The position numbers and the translations under genes were made by a program. A stretch of DNA of 64,000 nucleotides. Origin: Perna viridis. Taxonomy: Eukaryota. Shown here piece by piece: positions 38,745-53,392 of the stretch (its first letter is position 1; every line of letters begins with the position of its first letter). The stretch covers positions 29,164,704 through 29,228,703 of the forward strand of contig CM074521.1 in the NCBI GenBank assembly GCA_037379345.1, in the 5' to 3' direction. Below the pieces are notes generated by a model, which ran no database searches, was not told the origin of the DNA, and saw nothing but the letters and a program-made list of their open reading frames with translations.

Positions 38745-39278
38745 GAAAACTATTGACCAAACTTTACGACAAACGTGCAGACTTTTCATTCAGAATTGTC
38801 AACTTTCCTTTCATCTGTGGCAACATCCCTTTGGCACCTGCGTATGGAGTGTTCATATCACAACTCATACGTTATGCCAGAGCTTGCCGAAACTACGCAG
38901 ACGTTTTGTATCTCGTTAGAACTCTAACAAATATGCTTTTGGAACAGGGTTATGTTGCTGCAAGATTGAAGTCATCGCTACGTAAGTTTTATGGTCGTCA
39001 TCATGAACTCGTGAATCGTTATGGTGTATCCATCTGCACTATGAAAACTGATTTATTCAATGGGTCATAGTTTTCTTTTCCTTTGCCTACCCCGGACTTG
39101 ACTTTTTATGAGCAACTCGGTGGTTGTTTCTTGAAAAGCTGAGATCGCTTACCCTACCGGTGCACCCGGTCCATGCTCCCAGTTTTTATTGGAGTCCGAG
39201 TTGCTCATTTGCTTTTGTTACCTTATATGTATGATTTTAGTTACTTTATGTTCTATGTTTTGTGTGTCTGTTTTCCAT
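38745..39278 (+). mobile_element. 5'-truncated Penelope-like retroelement (RT C-terminus/thumb plus 3' UTR)
   Basis: ORF 38753-39070 (TKLYDKRADFSFRIVNFPFICGNIPLAPAYGVFISQLIRYARAC..LLEQGY) is the post-YxDD/thumb region of PLE-type RTs. The stop follows with no GIY-YIG domain. Confidence 0.78.
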
Positions 39279-39316
39279 GAATAAAGCTGAACTAACTTTT
39301 TATATTTGCCTGACAG

Positions 39317-42300
39317 TAAATGGATTGTTGAGCATAGACTATTCTTGTTCTACTCCTAGAATACAGTCTACAGGTGAATTGGGACGAAAAACACCACATA
39401 AGCCATACGCTTATATACCGTAAGTTACAAACAGTTCTTCACTAAAAGAGTAAAACGCAATGCGATTTCGAAGACTGAATACTTTTTTGAACAATATTTG
39501 TTCCATAATGGAAATAATAAAAAGAAAGAGGTAGAACATAATCATTCTTTCATTTAGCCAAAATCATCTGCGTTGTTGGGTAATGCATTGAATATGTTAC
39601 ACTTTTCATAACATCGCCTAGAATTTCTCTTCCTACAACGGAGCAACCATATGATTTTTTTGGGGCGGTAGGGGGAGGTTAGAATCAAATTCGAAATTAA
39701 ATATCAGGATGATTTAATTAAATATAAGGATATACGATGAACATATCCAGGGCAAGCTATAGTAAAAGATAAAAAATCAGAAATTTTACTGACAAATAAA
39801 CTTTGACACAAAATTTGAACCAGCCGGTTATTCACTTAATCCTTTTTGGAACAGTAATATATATTTCTATTACAAATTGCAACTAACAAATAAAATAAAT
39901 TGAGTTGCGTTTACTTAGTCCGATTTCATTAAATTGAAGCATATGATTTCCTCAGGTACAAGGAGTCTAACTGACCACTTAAATATAGGGAATAGAAAAA
40001 CCCATGTATGCTATTTCTTAAAGAAGGTGGGCCCAGAGTAAACATTATTTGAGTATCTATACACATGTATTTTTATTTAAGTGATGAATCAGAAGAAGAA
40101 GTAGGAGAACTATTAAACAAATTTGTGCCATCTGAGCAATTTTATCCGGAGTCTTCCAAAGGCGTTGATCTAAGTAGTGATGAAGACAAAGGTAGTGATT
40201 TTGAGGAGTTAAACTAGGTGGTGGCATTATGGTTAAGGTTCCTAATGAAATACAAATGCCGTTTAAATCTCTTTTTGCAGTCAAGTGGACCCCGAATGAG
40301 AAAAACCAGAAGCTTGTTATTCCAAATGATTTTCAAAATACGTGTCTGAAATTTTTAAAATTGCTGTAAGAACGGGCATGCGATCAACTTTACACAAGTT
40401 AACCACCGTAACAGAGAGGGAATTGCCAAGGACGAAGCAATGTGTCTTATCATTGCAAGAAAAAATGACAAAAATATATTCTTTCGTGTCCGATTAGATG
40501 AAGTCTGCACACAAAGATGTGACCAGTTTCAAAGCCGTTATTGAAAGTGGGGGGAATCAATGGAAAACAGTACCTGCAGAATTAAAGGTAACCTTACATT
40601 ATAGATGAAATATTGAAATTTAGAACTATTACATTTTGCACATAATCTATTCAGCATACCATTGATAATAATTTAAATTTACAAAAGGTAATATGAAGCT
40701 ATCAACCATGCACATATTTAAGGAGACCACTTAGAAAAAGAAAAAAAGAAAATATTTTGTATCTTTTATGTCAACTCCAAAGGGACCTTATCAGCATAGT
40801 TACTCACCTGAAGACATTATGCTCATTTGTGCAATACAAAATTCTCGAAGAAGTGTCTTTTTTCCTTACGCTATATTTGTAGCATTGACACGCAAATCAT
40901 ACTGACGTCCAAATTATACAATTGACAGGGATTTTAAAACATATAAAAATACAACAAAAAACCGATGGCCTATCTAATACATACTGCAATAAATGTTTTC
41001 GAAGGATGATGGATTTGTTGAATTTAACTGCCTCCGACTAAATAGTTTTGGATTAGCATCAACGCCAAAGATGACAGAAGGAGTGGTCGATCCTTCAGGA
41101 AAAATCTTGTCGACTGGAAATGATGGCAGATCAAATACTGTCTTCATTGAAGGATGTGTAACTTCAAAACAGAAGTACCAATATTCTGTAAATATCTTAA
41201 ATATATCAAATGAATTTTATTTTACTTTATTCCAATCTTGTGAGGAATGACTGCTTTATTTATTTTTTTTTATTACTATTTTTTGTCTATGATGACATTA
41301 TAACCATAATCACATATTGCACACTAAAAGTGATTTAAGATTATTTCAAATACTAAATAGACCAAAGAAAGTAAGTCATTCCTTATAACTTAAGTGACAA
41401 TAACATTAATGAAATTATCACCAAATATACATGTATTCTAATAAAACAAAATTCAAATTTCTTTTACATTACTCTACATCTTTATTTTACGCTGTTTGTT
41501 CTCCAATTGATACTTTTTTTAATTATAATAAAGTAACATTTAATTCAAATTTCAAATATGTATAAAGAGGCACATGTTTAAATTAATTTTAGGTTCAAAG
41601 GCCTGACCCAGAATACAACATATCAGAGAAAAACAACGGAAGGTCTTGTTTCAGCAGTGAGTGATAAAATCTCGATCGAGTATGATAAGTCACAGTTTCA
41701 AAGTAATTTTATATCCTTTGTTACTCCTCTCAATTTTGATGACACAACCGACTCTGATTTTGAAGAGTTCGAGATCAAAGTAGTAATATACAGGGATGAC
41801 AAACCAGAAGTTATCAACACAAGAATAGAACGATTATCCGGTCAACGGTACAAAATAATTCTTGACAGACCATCACAGTACGGAATATTTTTTTAATATA
41901 TTATGTTTTATAGGTAAAACTGAAGGTATTACACGTATAATTGAGGCTGTGTTAATGCGAAATCTTGAGCTTAAAAATCAGTAGATGATCAATGCATTTA
42001 GCCACTTTTGATTTCAAAGCGTAGCGTAAGGAAATGTTCAAATTATATCGATAATGAGATAATGGTTAGAGTAAATCTTTCAATTAATAACAGCACAACA
42101 AGCATGAATATGTAAGCTAAAGGACACCCTTTGGAAGAAACCCTCACACATCAGCACAAACAACATCAAGCCACAAAACAACATAATATACATGTACATC
42201 GAAAACGTTGCCCCCATATACTCCAGTAACATAAAAGTAAACTGAAAATGAAAACGAAACAAGACATACAGAAGCCAAACACTCCTGACTTGGGACAGGC

Positions 42301-43303
42301 ACAACAATGCGGTGGCATTATAGTACTTTTGCGTGATCACAACTCTCTCTTTTTTAAATCTTCCAAATGTTAAAAAAATATTATACCATTACACACAAAT
42401 TAAATTCAGTTCAAAAAGGTCGAGTTCCTAGTAGACATGACTTATTATTTTACTTCTGGTATGGCAGCGCAAAAAATGTTGGTGATTTCATCGTTGTGAT
42501 GATAATAAAAAACAGGTCACACACTGTGCTATGAAAATGTGTTTACAGCACATTTGTCATGCAAACAGAACGATATGTTTAAATGAATTGATAATTGATC
42601 TAACTTGGCTGTCAGATCGACCATTTACGGCAAACACATAAAGGGTTTTGTAGTTAATATTTAAGTTACAGCTTACGTTTCATATAGGAATCATTGATCT
42701 TGTTCATATCTTAATACTTTCAATCATTTATTGAATATAAATACTGAGGAATAAATATGTATTCATTACAGAATTCTTATTGCTGCATTGCAAAGACATA
42801 CTAACTTTGAGCATGTAGAAAACGATTTGAAAAATGAGCTGGATCAGATTTTTGGTTACAAAAAGATGTGTAAAATTTCTTTATTCTTTACAATGAGCGG
42901 AACATCCTATCATCTTATCTCCGACTGCAGCACTAAAGATAACTATAGAGAGGTAGTTAGGCACCACAAAAGTAAAAGAAGAATTCTTGTCTTTGAATCA
43001 GAATACATTTTACTGCCCCCTCAACAAAGAGTCCGCATTCGTCAATATGGGTGCGTCGGTACACCATCCGGTGCGATTTCAAATTATTTTCTGTTTTTTT
43101 GTATGTATGCGACAAAGAAAAAGTATTGTGAACTTGTCTTAGAATTAAACAGAGCAATGGGGGCATCTGTCTATGCAATCATTGAATATTCAGCTGACAA
43201 CCAAAAAAGAGGGAATATATCAAGGACTGAATTCGATATAGAGGAATTAAAAGACAGAATACACCCCAAAGGTTTCCCAGGAGTAATACAAGTGATGATC
43301 TGA
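39317..43303 (+). pseudogene. ZU5-ZU5-UPA protein, paralog C (more diverged), disrupted
   Basis: Exons 39317-39419, 40082-40587, 41005-41187, 41593-41877 and 42772-43303 have the same intron positions and phases as A and B. There are several frameshifts in exon 2 (first ~40212) and one at ~41638. Exons 3 and 5 are open. AATAAA at ~43357. Confidence 0.8.
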
Positions 43304-43509
43304 ATAGTCCAAGAATGTATAGAATGGAGACGTCTCTTCTTTGATATAATACTCCCAATAAAAATGAGAAAGCTACTTAAATGTTAATTATAGCACATTT
43401 CCAATGGTTCAAGAATGTAAGAACAATATTCTTGATTTTAAATTTTTTGTGTAGTATGATGGTCTTTTAGGGAATATATTTTCACTAACCTTGAATATAT
43501 TTTCACTAA

Positions 43510-43678
43510 CCAGGTCCATGCTCCCAGTTTTTAGTGGAGTCCGAGTTGCTCATTTACTTTTGTTACTTTGTATGTATGATTTTAGTTACTTTATGTTCTT
43601 TGTTGTGTGTGTCTGGTCTTTGTCCCTGGATTACATTATTTTGATTACCGCTATAACCTTGGTTCTCTTGATTACTCT
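43510..43678 (+). mobile_element. Penelope-like retroelement 3' UTR fragment
   Basis: Near-identical to 62360-62538. Confidence 0.72.
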
Positions 43679-44689
43679 TGAATATCTTATTTTGTCAACA
43701 TAATTTTCTTGGGGCCTATTGCGGTTTATGTTATTCATGCTTACAAATAATGAGCTTTAGTTTGTTTACAAATTTTAGAATCAAGTAATGTGAAGGTTCA
43801 AACCGAGGGTTAAACATAAAGGAGTTTTATATTGAAGTATTCCATCTTATCATACATAGGCATTTAAGTTATTGGTGAAATTAAGAATTTGTCAATAGGT
43901 TTCAAATAAGCGTAACAAGGAATGATTATCAAAAACATTATTATGAAACATTTTTATTCCTTGAATGATTTTTCATTCGTCCAAATTAGAAAAAAAGGTC
44001 ATACTTCATTCTAAAAAGAATCCTTTACAGTTTGTATCGCCGAAAATGTCTTAATAATCAACTGTTATGCTGATGAAGACAGATATGCTCTCTAGGTTTC
44101 AAACAAATATGCCTACATGTTGAATAAGTGCTAAAAACATTCAATAGTCATTAATAGAGGCATAGGACAAACTGTATATTTTTAAACATTGAACATGCGA
44201 TCTTGAACTTGACAGAACATTACAATAACTTATAAAAACAAGTAGCACTGTACCAAGAGTTCACTTGATAATTCCAAAGTATTTATGATGCGTAGTTTCA
44301 ACTCCCTCATATGATGGCGCTGTAATAATAAACTGTTATAAAAATACCATTGCGAATCATATGATCTAGCTCCATTTACTTGCACTAATACAGTGTGTCA
44401 AAGGTGTAACCCCACTGTAATAAAAGAGTAAAAGTGTCAATTTCCGTGGATTGTCAATCCAGTTTAAGTTTCATAAGCAGTTTAAACGCCTGCAAATGAG
44501 TCAAATTGTCGTCAACAGAACATATTTCAAGAAGCATTGGAACATAGAAGCACACAAAAAACTTGAAATAACCAAAATAACGAGGACAAATGAAACACAA
44601 GTAAATGAGCAGCCAGAATTCCAGTACGAACGCGTATTGTGGCACAGGTAAATCGATAGGGTAAGTGGCTTCCTCTTTCCTAGAAAATG

Positions 44690-44917
44690 TTAAATTGATT
44701 ACATACATGTCAGACGATTCCTTGTAAGAGTTATTGCCCTTGAAAAGGGAAAAATGACATTTTTTACAGTTTTCAGCCAATATTTCGAAAACTATGATAG
44801 ATAGAATCTTTCTCAATTACTGAAATGATCCTTATGACAACTTCCTGTTAAATTTATTGCCCTTGAAAGGCAACATTTAACCAGGTGAGCGATTCAGGCT
44901 CCTTTGAGCCGCTTGTT
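44690..44917 (+). mobile_element. Helentron/HINE-type non-autonomous element 3' end
   Basis: AGAGTTATTGCCCTT core motif, subterminal CAGGTGAGCGA, and a terminal hairpin AGGCTCCTTTGAGCC followed by TTGTT. Confidence 0.6.
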
Positions 44918-47000
44918 TAAGCTTGTTAAAAATATTACATAATTAAACACACCTTAAAATCAGTAAAAAAGATTTGTCCTTGTTAAAATGTAAATGAAGA
45001 AACTGGTTGTACGTTACACAAATACACAAAGAACTACTAGCACGTCATTGACATGCCAGTTACAGACCAGTTTATACCTACAAAAAATGTTGCCTTCATC
45101 GTATGAAATATCAATCTTATTCTTCCGAAGCGGGATTGAGAACCACAGTATATCGTTAGTCCTTCACGACCTATGTCATGCCGAAAATTGCTTTCAAATA
45201 TCGGTTGTTAGATTTTTTATGCAAAGATCCTATAAGCGAATCAGTTTTAATAACAAAAATACTATCTTAAATATACGAGAAATTCGATGATTTCTACTAC
45301 CTATGATACCATTTCCTAAGCCTTTGTGTAAAAGCTCATACACTATGATAGTGCATTCCAAATCAAGAAGAATGTGTGCACCGCGCATATTTTCTTGCCA
45401 ATCCAAACAAATTATTTTGCCACGAGACTCAGTAAGCACTAAATTGTTAAATGCAAAATAATAACAGTTTTATATATTGTAAGTTTAGATATGTTGTACA
45501 AGTGTTTCAAGGAGTAACCTCTCATCAGCAGCATTAAAATCAAATATGTAGGAAGATCATAATCAAAATATTAGTTGCATACAATAAGTACTCATAACCA
45601 AATATATCGAAAGAGGAAGCCAAATCCATCACCGAGAGGTTTTACCAAATGCTATGCAAAGAATGAAGCCTCGGTGTTTTACTTATTTTTAAATTTGGAA
45701 TATTGCAAAACAGTCGACATAATGAAATCTTTGATTGTTTCAGTGTGGCAATCTCCACAATGAAAATGTACTCATTTATAATTTCGAGGTTTTTCTTTTT
45801 CCTATAAATATGTGATATGCATCAAAAGAAAGAACCTTGCGTTTCGAATGGTCTTCGAATGAGATTAGTAGATTTAGTATTTCGATAGCAGTGGATTATA
45901 AAACACCCTATGTATATTTTCGACAAATTAAATAGATTCTAGATCTGTAAATCGGTAATTTTACTCTCGCACTGTTATAAACTACATAAGCTATGTTAGA
46001 GCATTGACTGTTCATCGTTTGGAATTGGACAATCCATACTCTTGTGTGATATTTCTTAACATTAAGACTAGAGGAAAAATCAAAGTATCCTGTCTAACCA
46101 AGTATGAACCAAAAGGTATTATTTTTAGGAAAATAACTGTATTTGTGTGTTACACAAGACATCATGAAGCGGAAAGCTTGGACAAAAAAATGAAGAATGG
46201 AAGAATAGAAAAATCTAAATATTTTGCAAATTGAGTTTGTACGAATGGGCGGTTTAAGATACGCAATAAATCTTTATGTATTATAAATTTCATGTGTCAA
46301 AAGAAGTACCACCAAGGTCACTTGAAAATTATTTTTGTTAAACTTAATTCATGTTTCAATATTGTTATTAACGTTTTGTTAAGGGTCATAACAAAATTAC
46401 CAAATTAACAAAATCTGGGCAGTAGTCAAAAGGAATAGCCTTAAAGTTTAATAAATGTTTATAATTGTGACACAAATTTTCGTACAACATGAGTCAAACG
46501 ATTTACCAAGCGAAATATTATAATTCAAACAGAAAAGAACGATGAGACCCAACTTTGTTTGGGCGACACCGTTTTCGTATGATTTGATACTTTTATCAAA
46601 TTTCTAATAACTTTACATGAAATTGTGACTTAAGTGTCAGTAAATGTAGGAATTTACATAGGGTAAATATGGTTTGTTAAAATATCATTGAAATACATTG
46701 AAAACATTTCAAAGGCAGATGATTCAGTCTAAACCTCATTTTACTTTAAAATTTCGGAGCAAATCAAGTGATGCAGAGATCAAATACTAGTCTTTTGAAT
46801 AGGGAAAGCATCCTTGATAGCAGCTTTATTTTCAGGTCGACGAGTTTTTGACATTGTTACTGATTTTTTTCCGTTTTGATTGATTCTTACAAAAACGTAT
46901 ACTTAACATTCATTTGAATACTAACCTTTGTAAATTTTCAATGCATGCTTCATTAAAACAAAATGTCTTTTAATGCCAATGCAAAAACCTTTAAGGTTTT

Positions 47001-47402
47001 AGGTAGCTGTCTTTGTAAGAATCATGCAAAATCTGACAAATGTGATGCACCCACAAAAAGGCTACATATTTTTATTTTTGTAATTAAGTTGTTTTGAGGG
47101 TCTATACTATGAAAAGTGTAATTATTCATTCAAATCTGCCTGCTCTTAGAAAATAATCGACATACAAAAATACAGTAGATTCCATTATATTTGAGCGCCT
47201 TTTACAGAGTTATCTCCCTTAATTTTGAAATCTACAGTGCATTCTATATAATTTCATCTCCTAAGAGCACGGAATATAAGAAAACCCACATGTTTATTTC
47301 TGTTTACTACGACATTTCAAACAAAATATTAAAAATAAAAATTTGTAGGCTTTATACCCATGAATCACATTTTGCATGATTCCTAGCTGGAGTACTACTT
47401 AA
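47001..47402. mobile_element. MITE (Kolobok-like), complete
   Basis: TIRs AGGTAG..GTAAGAATCATGCAAAAT / ATTTTGCATGATTCCTAG..CTACTT-AA. A second copy starts at 48518 and is interrupted by the LTR element. Confidence 0.65.
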
Positions 47403-48639
47403 TTAGATTAAACCGTTTTATTACTACTACTTCAAATAATTGAATATTATTCTTTGTACTCTTTATATAGTGCTTATGTCATAGTTACTAAAGTAAGGAT
47501 AAAAATTTTGTTTAATGTCATTATGTCAATATCAAAATTCATGGTATTTAAAAAGACGTGCCATGGATAATCTGCATGACTTCTTATTAGTTTCCCAATG
47601 TAGATTTGATCACTGCAAAAGCTGTTTAAAAACTTTTATTCAAGTTTTCCAAGGAATATCCAACAATATCAGACAAATTTAGATCAGGAGGTAAAGTGTG
47701 ATACAACAATTATTTTTGACTAAAGTACAGAAACCTACAGTAAAATTATTTCAACCATTTCCTTTGAGTATTTGTATTTAGCAAAATGTACAAACACTGA
47801 TATTTATTTTTCATTTCAAGACAACTGATAAATGTTTTGGACGTTCAAAGCCAATAAAGTTATGGAAACTTTTTCAAAAAGGCTAACCTTAAAAACCCTT
47901 ATTATCCTTTACCATATAATAAAAGAACATTGACCAGTTTCTCCAGGAGTCTGAACACAAGTATGGTCATTTCAAATATTGTTCAAATATCCGGACTTTT
48001 TATTTAAATCTGTAGAAAAATCTGTGTAATTAAAGACAAATACAGAGTCTATAAGTCAAAGAAGGTTGGTAATGTGCTTTTAAGCGAAAGCGATTCGATG
48101 AAAAAATAAAACATATAAATATGAAACTTTAAATAGCTTATTACAAAAGTATTTTCGTAAAGTGTTCATAGCCCAACTGACTGTACAGTTGTACCTTTCA
48201 GTAGTTCAGAGTTAGAATTTTTACTTTTTGTGTTTTTGTTTGAACTGTTATTTTGATGATTCCTCCGTTTTAATAATCAAATAGTCTCATTTTGTCAAAA
48301 GACAGTTCGTTTTTTTCTTCATTTCATGTTTCTATTTTTACGATCATCCAGATATAAAATCACTTCCTGACCTATTTAAATGCATAATTTTAAGACTTTA
48401 CTCATTAGTAGTTTTGCCCTTGTCTTTTTTTTATTTAAAGGACCATTAATTGCTCTGTGCCTTTTTTCTGATATTTTTCCATTCTGATTCTGGTGTTTAC
48501 ACGTGCGTATGTTATTTAGGTAGTAGTCTTTGTAAGAATCGAGCAAATTCTGTAATATGTGATACACCCCAAAAAAGGCTATACACTTATAATTCTGTTA
48601 GTAAGTTGCTTTATTAGTTTACATTAAATATATAATTAT

Positions 48640-49433
48640 TGTGCAGTTTTAGTATTTAGCTATTAACGTCATGTTAATTTTTTGCTTTGTTTCATTCCCC
48701 AGGTTAAGATATTCTCCATGAGACGAATGTTCAGTCACATGTCATGTTTTGGAGTTTTGTTCCCCCACAGGAGTAAGTTATATTCCTTTTATGAACACTC
48801 AGTCATAATGTTTATATAGGTTTTTACAATGATTAACCTGTTATTTGCGTTTTTTTTCTGTTCCAAAGCATATTTTTATGTACGCACATGAAAAGGTAAA
48901 CAAACGCTTTATATGCTCATATGTCCTTAATTTTCCTTACGTATGTCGTTTTATACTTACCCTTCGTTCCAATTTACCTTATGCGTTATTTAAATTGCTT
49001 TTTAGCCAGTGCCAATACTTTTGTAAAACCTACAGTACCGACCTCGTGTAATATATTGTCACTGTAACGTCCCCCTACGCTGATGGCTCCAAAAATACAG
49101 TACCGGCAACGTGTAATTTTACATTTTCACCGACCATCGTTAAGTTTGTATTTGTATTTATATTGCTTAAATTTAACAATTATTGATGCATTATCGCACT
49201 AAGAGTATTTTCACATATAGTTTGGTGGTATACATGAGAAAACATGCTTGATTTATAATATTTTTGTAGAATAACAGTTTTCAATTCATATGACTACTTT
49301 GTATTCGTGAACTTTAATTTGAACATTTGATTTATGATTGTTTATTTTGTACTTTCAGTTTTCCACCCTCTCCAGGGGTCTGTATACACTATACACTAAA
49401 AGTTAAAACCAGTTTCGACTACTTTCTTTTACA
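48640..49433 (+). repeat. 5' LTR
   Basis: 794-bp direct repeat of 55010-55771. Confidence 0.95.
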
Positions 49434-52400
49434 GTGGAAAAACCTTGTTCTTGGACAACTCCGTCATCATGGCATATTCAGAGAGATTGTTGTGGGGCAG
49501 TCGAGATCATTAACATATCTTAGAGGAGAACATTTCAATCAGTCAGTGGACCGCCACTTTCGCAAATTACTCAGAAACCAGAAAGAAATTAACAACTTAC
49601 TTTTCAACCTAGATGGAATTCCATATTGGACTTGGGGACCGCTTCCCGCTATAGACAAGAATTGCTAAAATTGAATAAAGATTTCAATCAGATAGCAGAG
49701 GACTATATTATTTTTTTACAAGCTCATCGCACAAGTGAGAGCGAGAGTGCGCGGGCATCGTTCCAACTTGTTTCCGTTGTCACAACCAGAATATCTGTTG
49801 CGTTGAAGCACTTGAACACTTTGTTGCCAGATGAAAAATTCGAAACTGTTTCCATAAGAAGTAAATCAAGAGCGAGTGATCGCTCCAAATCAGAACTTCT
49901 CAGATAGACTGTAAAATTAGAGACGGCTAAGGCTAAACTTATATATGCCCAAGAAGAAGCAGAGCTGATACAAAAGGAAGCTGCTTTAAAATTGCAACGA
50001 TATTTGTTAGACATAAAAAAAAGAGGTTGCTGAAGCTGAATTCGTTATCGCCGCAGTAAGAAAAACGCTAAAATTTGACAGTAACAATTTAGGCGAAAGT
50101 TATGAACCTCATAGTTATCAAAACAGGTCAGGAAGTCATGATCTTACATATTCAAGTTCATGATTAGTCGTAAGTCTACTGTTTCTCAAATTCAGAACAA
50201 AGAACTTTTGATTATATAAGAAACCAATGTAATATTTTACCAAGCGAAAGTGAAGGTAATAAGATAAAAATCCCTAGCTTAAATCCATCTGCTATGCCAT
50301 TTACTCTAGCTTTAAAGAGTGAAGTAAAGGAAATAGCCAAATTCATGGTCAAGAGGGATCTTTTAACATCCTAACTTATTCCTTTTGATGATCAACCTTC
50401 ACATTATTTGTCCTGTAAATTGATTGAACAGGAAACAACACCGCTTGAGCAACTCGACTTGCCGATCAAATACTAAGGACCTGCTTCTAAAACTCAAGAC
50501 TTGAACATTAGATCTGCGAATGCCAACTCTCCGGCAACCACAGTGCGCTTAATTTGGGACCGGCTAGATAACAGATACGGTACCCCAGAAATGCTGGAAG
50601 CATCAATACATTCACGTGTTAACAGTTTTCCAAAACTCTCAAATCAGCAAAGAAAAGAACTTTATGATCTCACAGATCTAGCCGCAGACATAAAAGCAAT
50701 AAAGGGATGAATAGTGTGGGATAACATTTGCATACTTCGACTCATCTCTTGGAGTGAATCATTTGGTCAATACATTACCATACAACATCCAAGAAAAGTG
50801 GACTACTGCGGCTAATTCTTACAAGCAAACCAACAATGTTGCATATCCGCCATTTTCATATTTTGTGACCTTTCTGCAGAACATAGCAAAGGTTCGTAAT
50901 GATCCAGGATTCATGTATGAGAATCAAGAATCAAAACATGTTGCACAGAAGCAGATAAAGCCGAAACCCCGAGAAAATCAGATAGTGTCGTCTTTAAAAA
51001 CTGGGGTTGCACAAAGGAGTTCTGACAGTAGCAAGGACAATGAAAAGACACCCGAAGATGTTTGTCCTCATCATGGTACGAATCACAAGCTTAACTCCAG
51101 TCGTGTGTTCCGTGCAAAGCCAATTTCAGAAAGACTAGAATTTTTTAAAGAGAAAGGATTTTGTTTTAAGTGTTGCCGGCCTAAGAACCATTTCCGTGAC
51201 AAGTACCATGAAAAGGTCGAATGTAATGTGTCGAAATGATCACCCCTCCGCTTTACACAAGGACTCAGTTCAAACCCCGAAGGAGAACGAGGGGGAGAAA
51301 GTCAACGAAGAAGTGAAGAACAGTTGTACCAGAATATATGAATCTACAAGTAACACTAGTAAATCTTGTGCAAAAACCGTTTTGGTAAAGATGTATCATC
51401 AGACCTGATTATTTCAGAAAAGTGTATTGTTTGATCGACGACCAAAGCAACCGAACATTGGCTGTTTCAAAAGTCTTCAACTTGGAGAAAACAAATCTGA
51501 GACATAATATGTGCTTTCAACTTGCGCTGGAAAGTTTGTAACTAGTAGAAGCAGAGCTTCTGAATATGTGGTTTCGTCGGTAGATGGTACAGTACAAATA
51601 ACTCTTCCAAATGTAATTGAGTGGAAAGAAATTCCTGACAATTGGCAATGAAATTCCTTCACTAATTGTAGCAGCTAGCTTCGTTTACATCAAGAATATC
51701 GCAGCTCAAATTCCTGAAATTGACAATGACTCCGAAATCGAATTGCTGATTGGCAGAGACTTAATCAGTGCCCACCACGTCCTAGAGCACCGTGTTGCTC
51801 CTCGTGAATTACCATATGCACAAAGTTTACCCCTTGGATGGGTTATCATCGGCAATGTTTGTCTTGGAAAGTTTCATGAACAGGACATAGTTAATGTCAA
51901 CAAATCAGTAATTCTTAGAGGTGGACGAACAACTTCTTTGGATCCATGTGAAAATGAAATATCCATTCATCTTGATCCTGCGTTCAAGAAATCTCATATG
52001 GACGAAAAACAAGGTTTGTCTGTAGAAGACGGGTTTTCCTGGATATTATGGCCTCAGGCTATCAGAAACTTAATAATGGACAGTGGATTGATCCATTGCC
52101 ATTCAAGCCCAATCGACCGGCTTTTCCTTACAACAAGAACCTTGCTGAACGTCGCTCTAAATCATTCGATAGGAACTTACAGAACAATGTTGGAAAGCAT
52201 AAGCATGGTATGGACTTTATGCAGAAACTATTTGAAAATGGGCACACAGAAGATGCACCACAGCTACCACCAGATAAGCAGTGTTGGTACTTGCCAATGT
52301 TCTCTGTTTATCATCCTAGAAAACCTGAAAGCGTTCGAGTGGTCTTCGATTCTTCCGCAAAGCACCAAGGCTTTTCACTTAATGATGTTCTATTGAAAGG

Positions 52401-53392
52401 ACCAGACATTTATAATAGTTTACTTGGCATTCTGATGCGTTTTCGGAAGGAAGCTTATGCAGAAACCGTAGACACTGAACAGATGTTTCATAACTTCAAA
52501 GTTTTGGACGAACACCGAAGATACTAACGTTTTCTATGGCACAGAAACTACGACTTTGATGAACCTCTTGTCGAATATCAAATGACTGTCGACAATTTTT
52601 GAAAGTAGTCCTAGTCCTGCCGTAGCAATCTATGGGCTACGCAAGTGTGTGCAGAATCAGATGTACAAAACTTTGTATTCAATAACTTCTAATAGTAGAA
52701 CTGTACTACAAGTATTTACCACAGAGGGTCTTGCCAAGAACCTTACAGACCTTGATTTTTTATCTACATATGCAGAGAAGCTAAGGCTTGTCGTGGGACA
52801 CTGAGACAGATGAATTTACATTTCGAGTATCCTCAGACTTGAAACAATACACCCACCGTGGTGTATTGTACACGATAAATCGTTTGTATGACCCACTAGG
52901 AATTGCAGCACCCGTGGTAACCAAAGGCAAATTAGTCATGCGTGACATGATTTCTACCTCAAACATTGACTGGGACGATCCGCTTCCAGAATCCCTCAGT
53001 CACTGGAACAACTCAAATGTTTTAAGTTACCAAGGTCATACAATGGAATTTCTTTCTCCAATAGTCTGAAGCATGAAGTCCATATCTTCTCAGATGCGAA
53101 AGGTTCGGTGGCGTACCTAAAGTTATTTGACATTGACTAAAACAATATACGCTTTCTGTAGTGAAAAGCGAAAGTGGCACCATCACATGGGCACACAATC
53201 CCAAGGCTTGATCTTGTGCCGCAGTACTAGCTGTTGAGTTATCAGACATCATACGAGACCAACTTAATCTCAAACCAGAAAACTTTTTCTATTACAGAGA
53301 CAGTAGTGTAGTTCTTGAATATCTGACAAATGAAACTCGTCGATTTTATGTGTATGTCTGCAACCGTATAAGTCGTATTCGGACTTCAAGCA

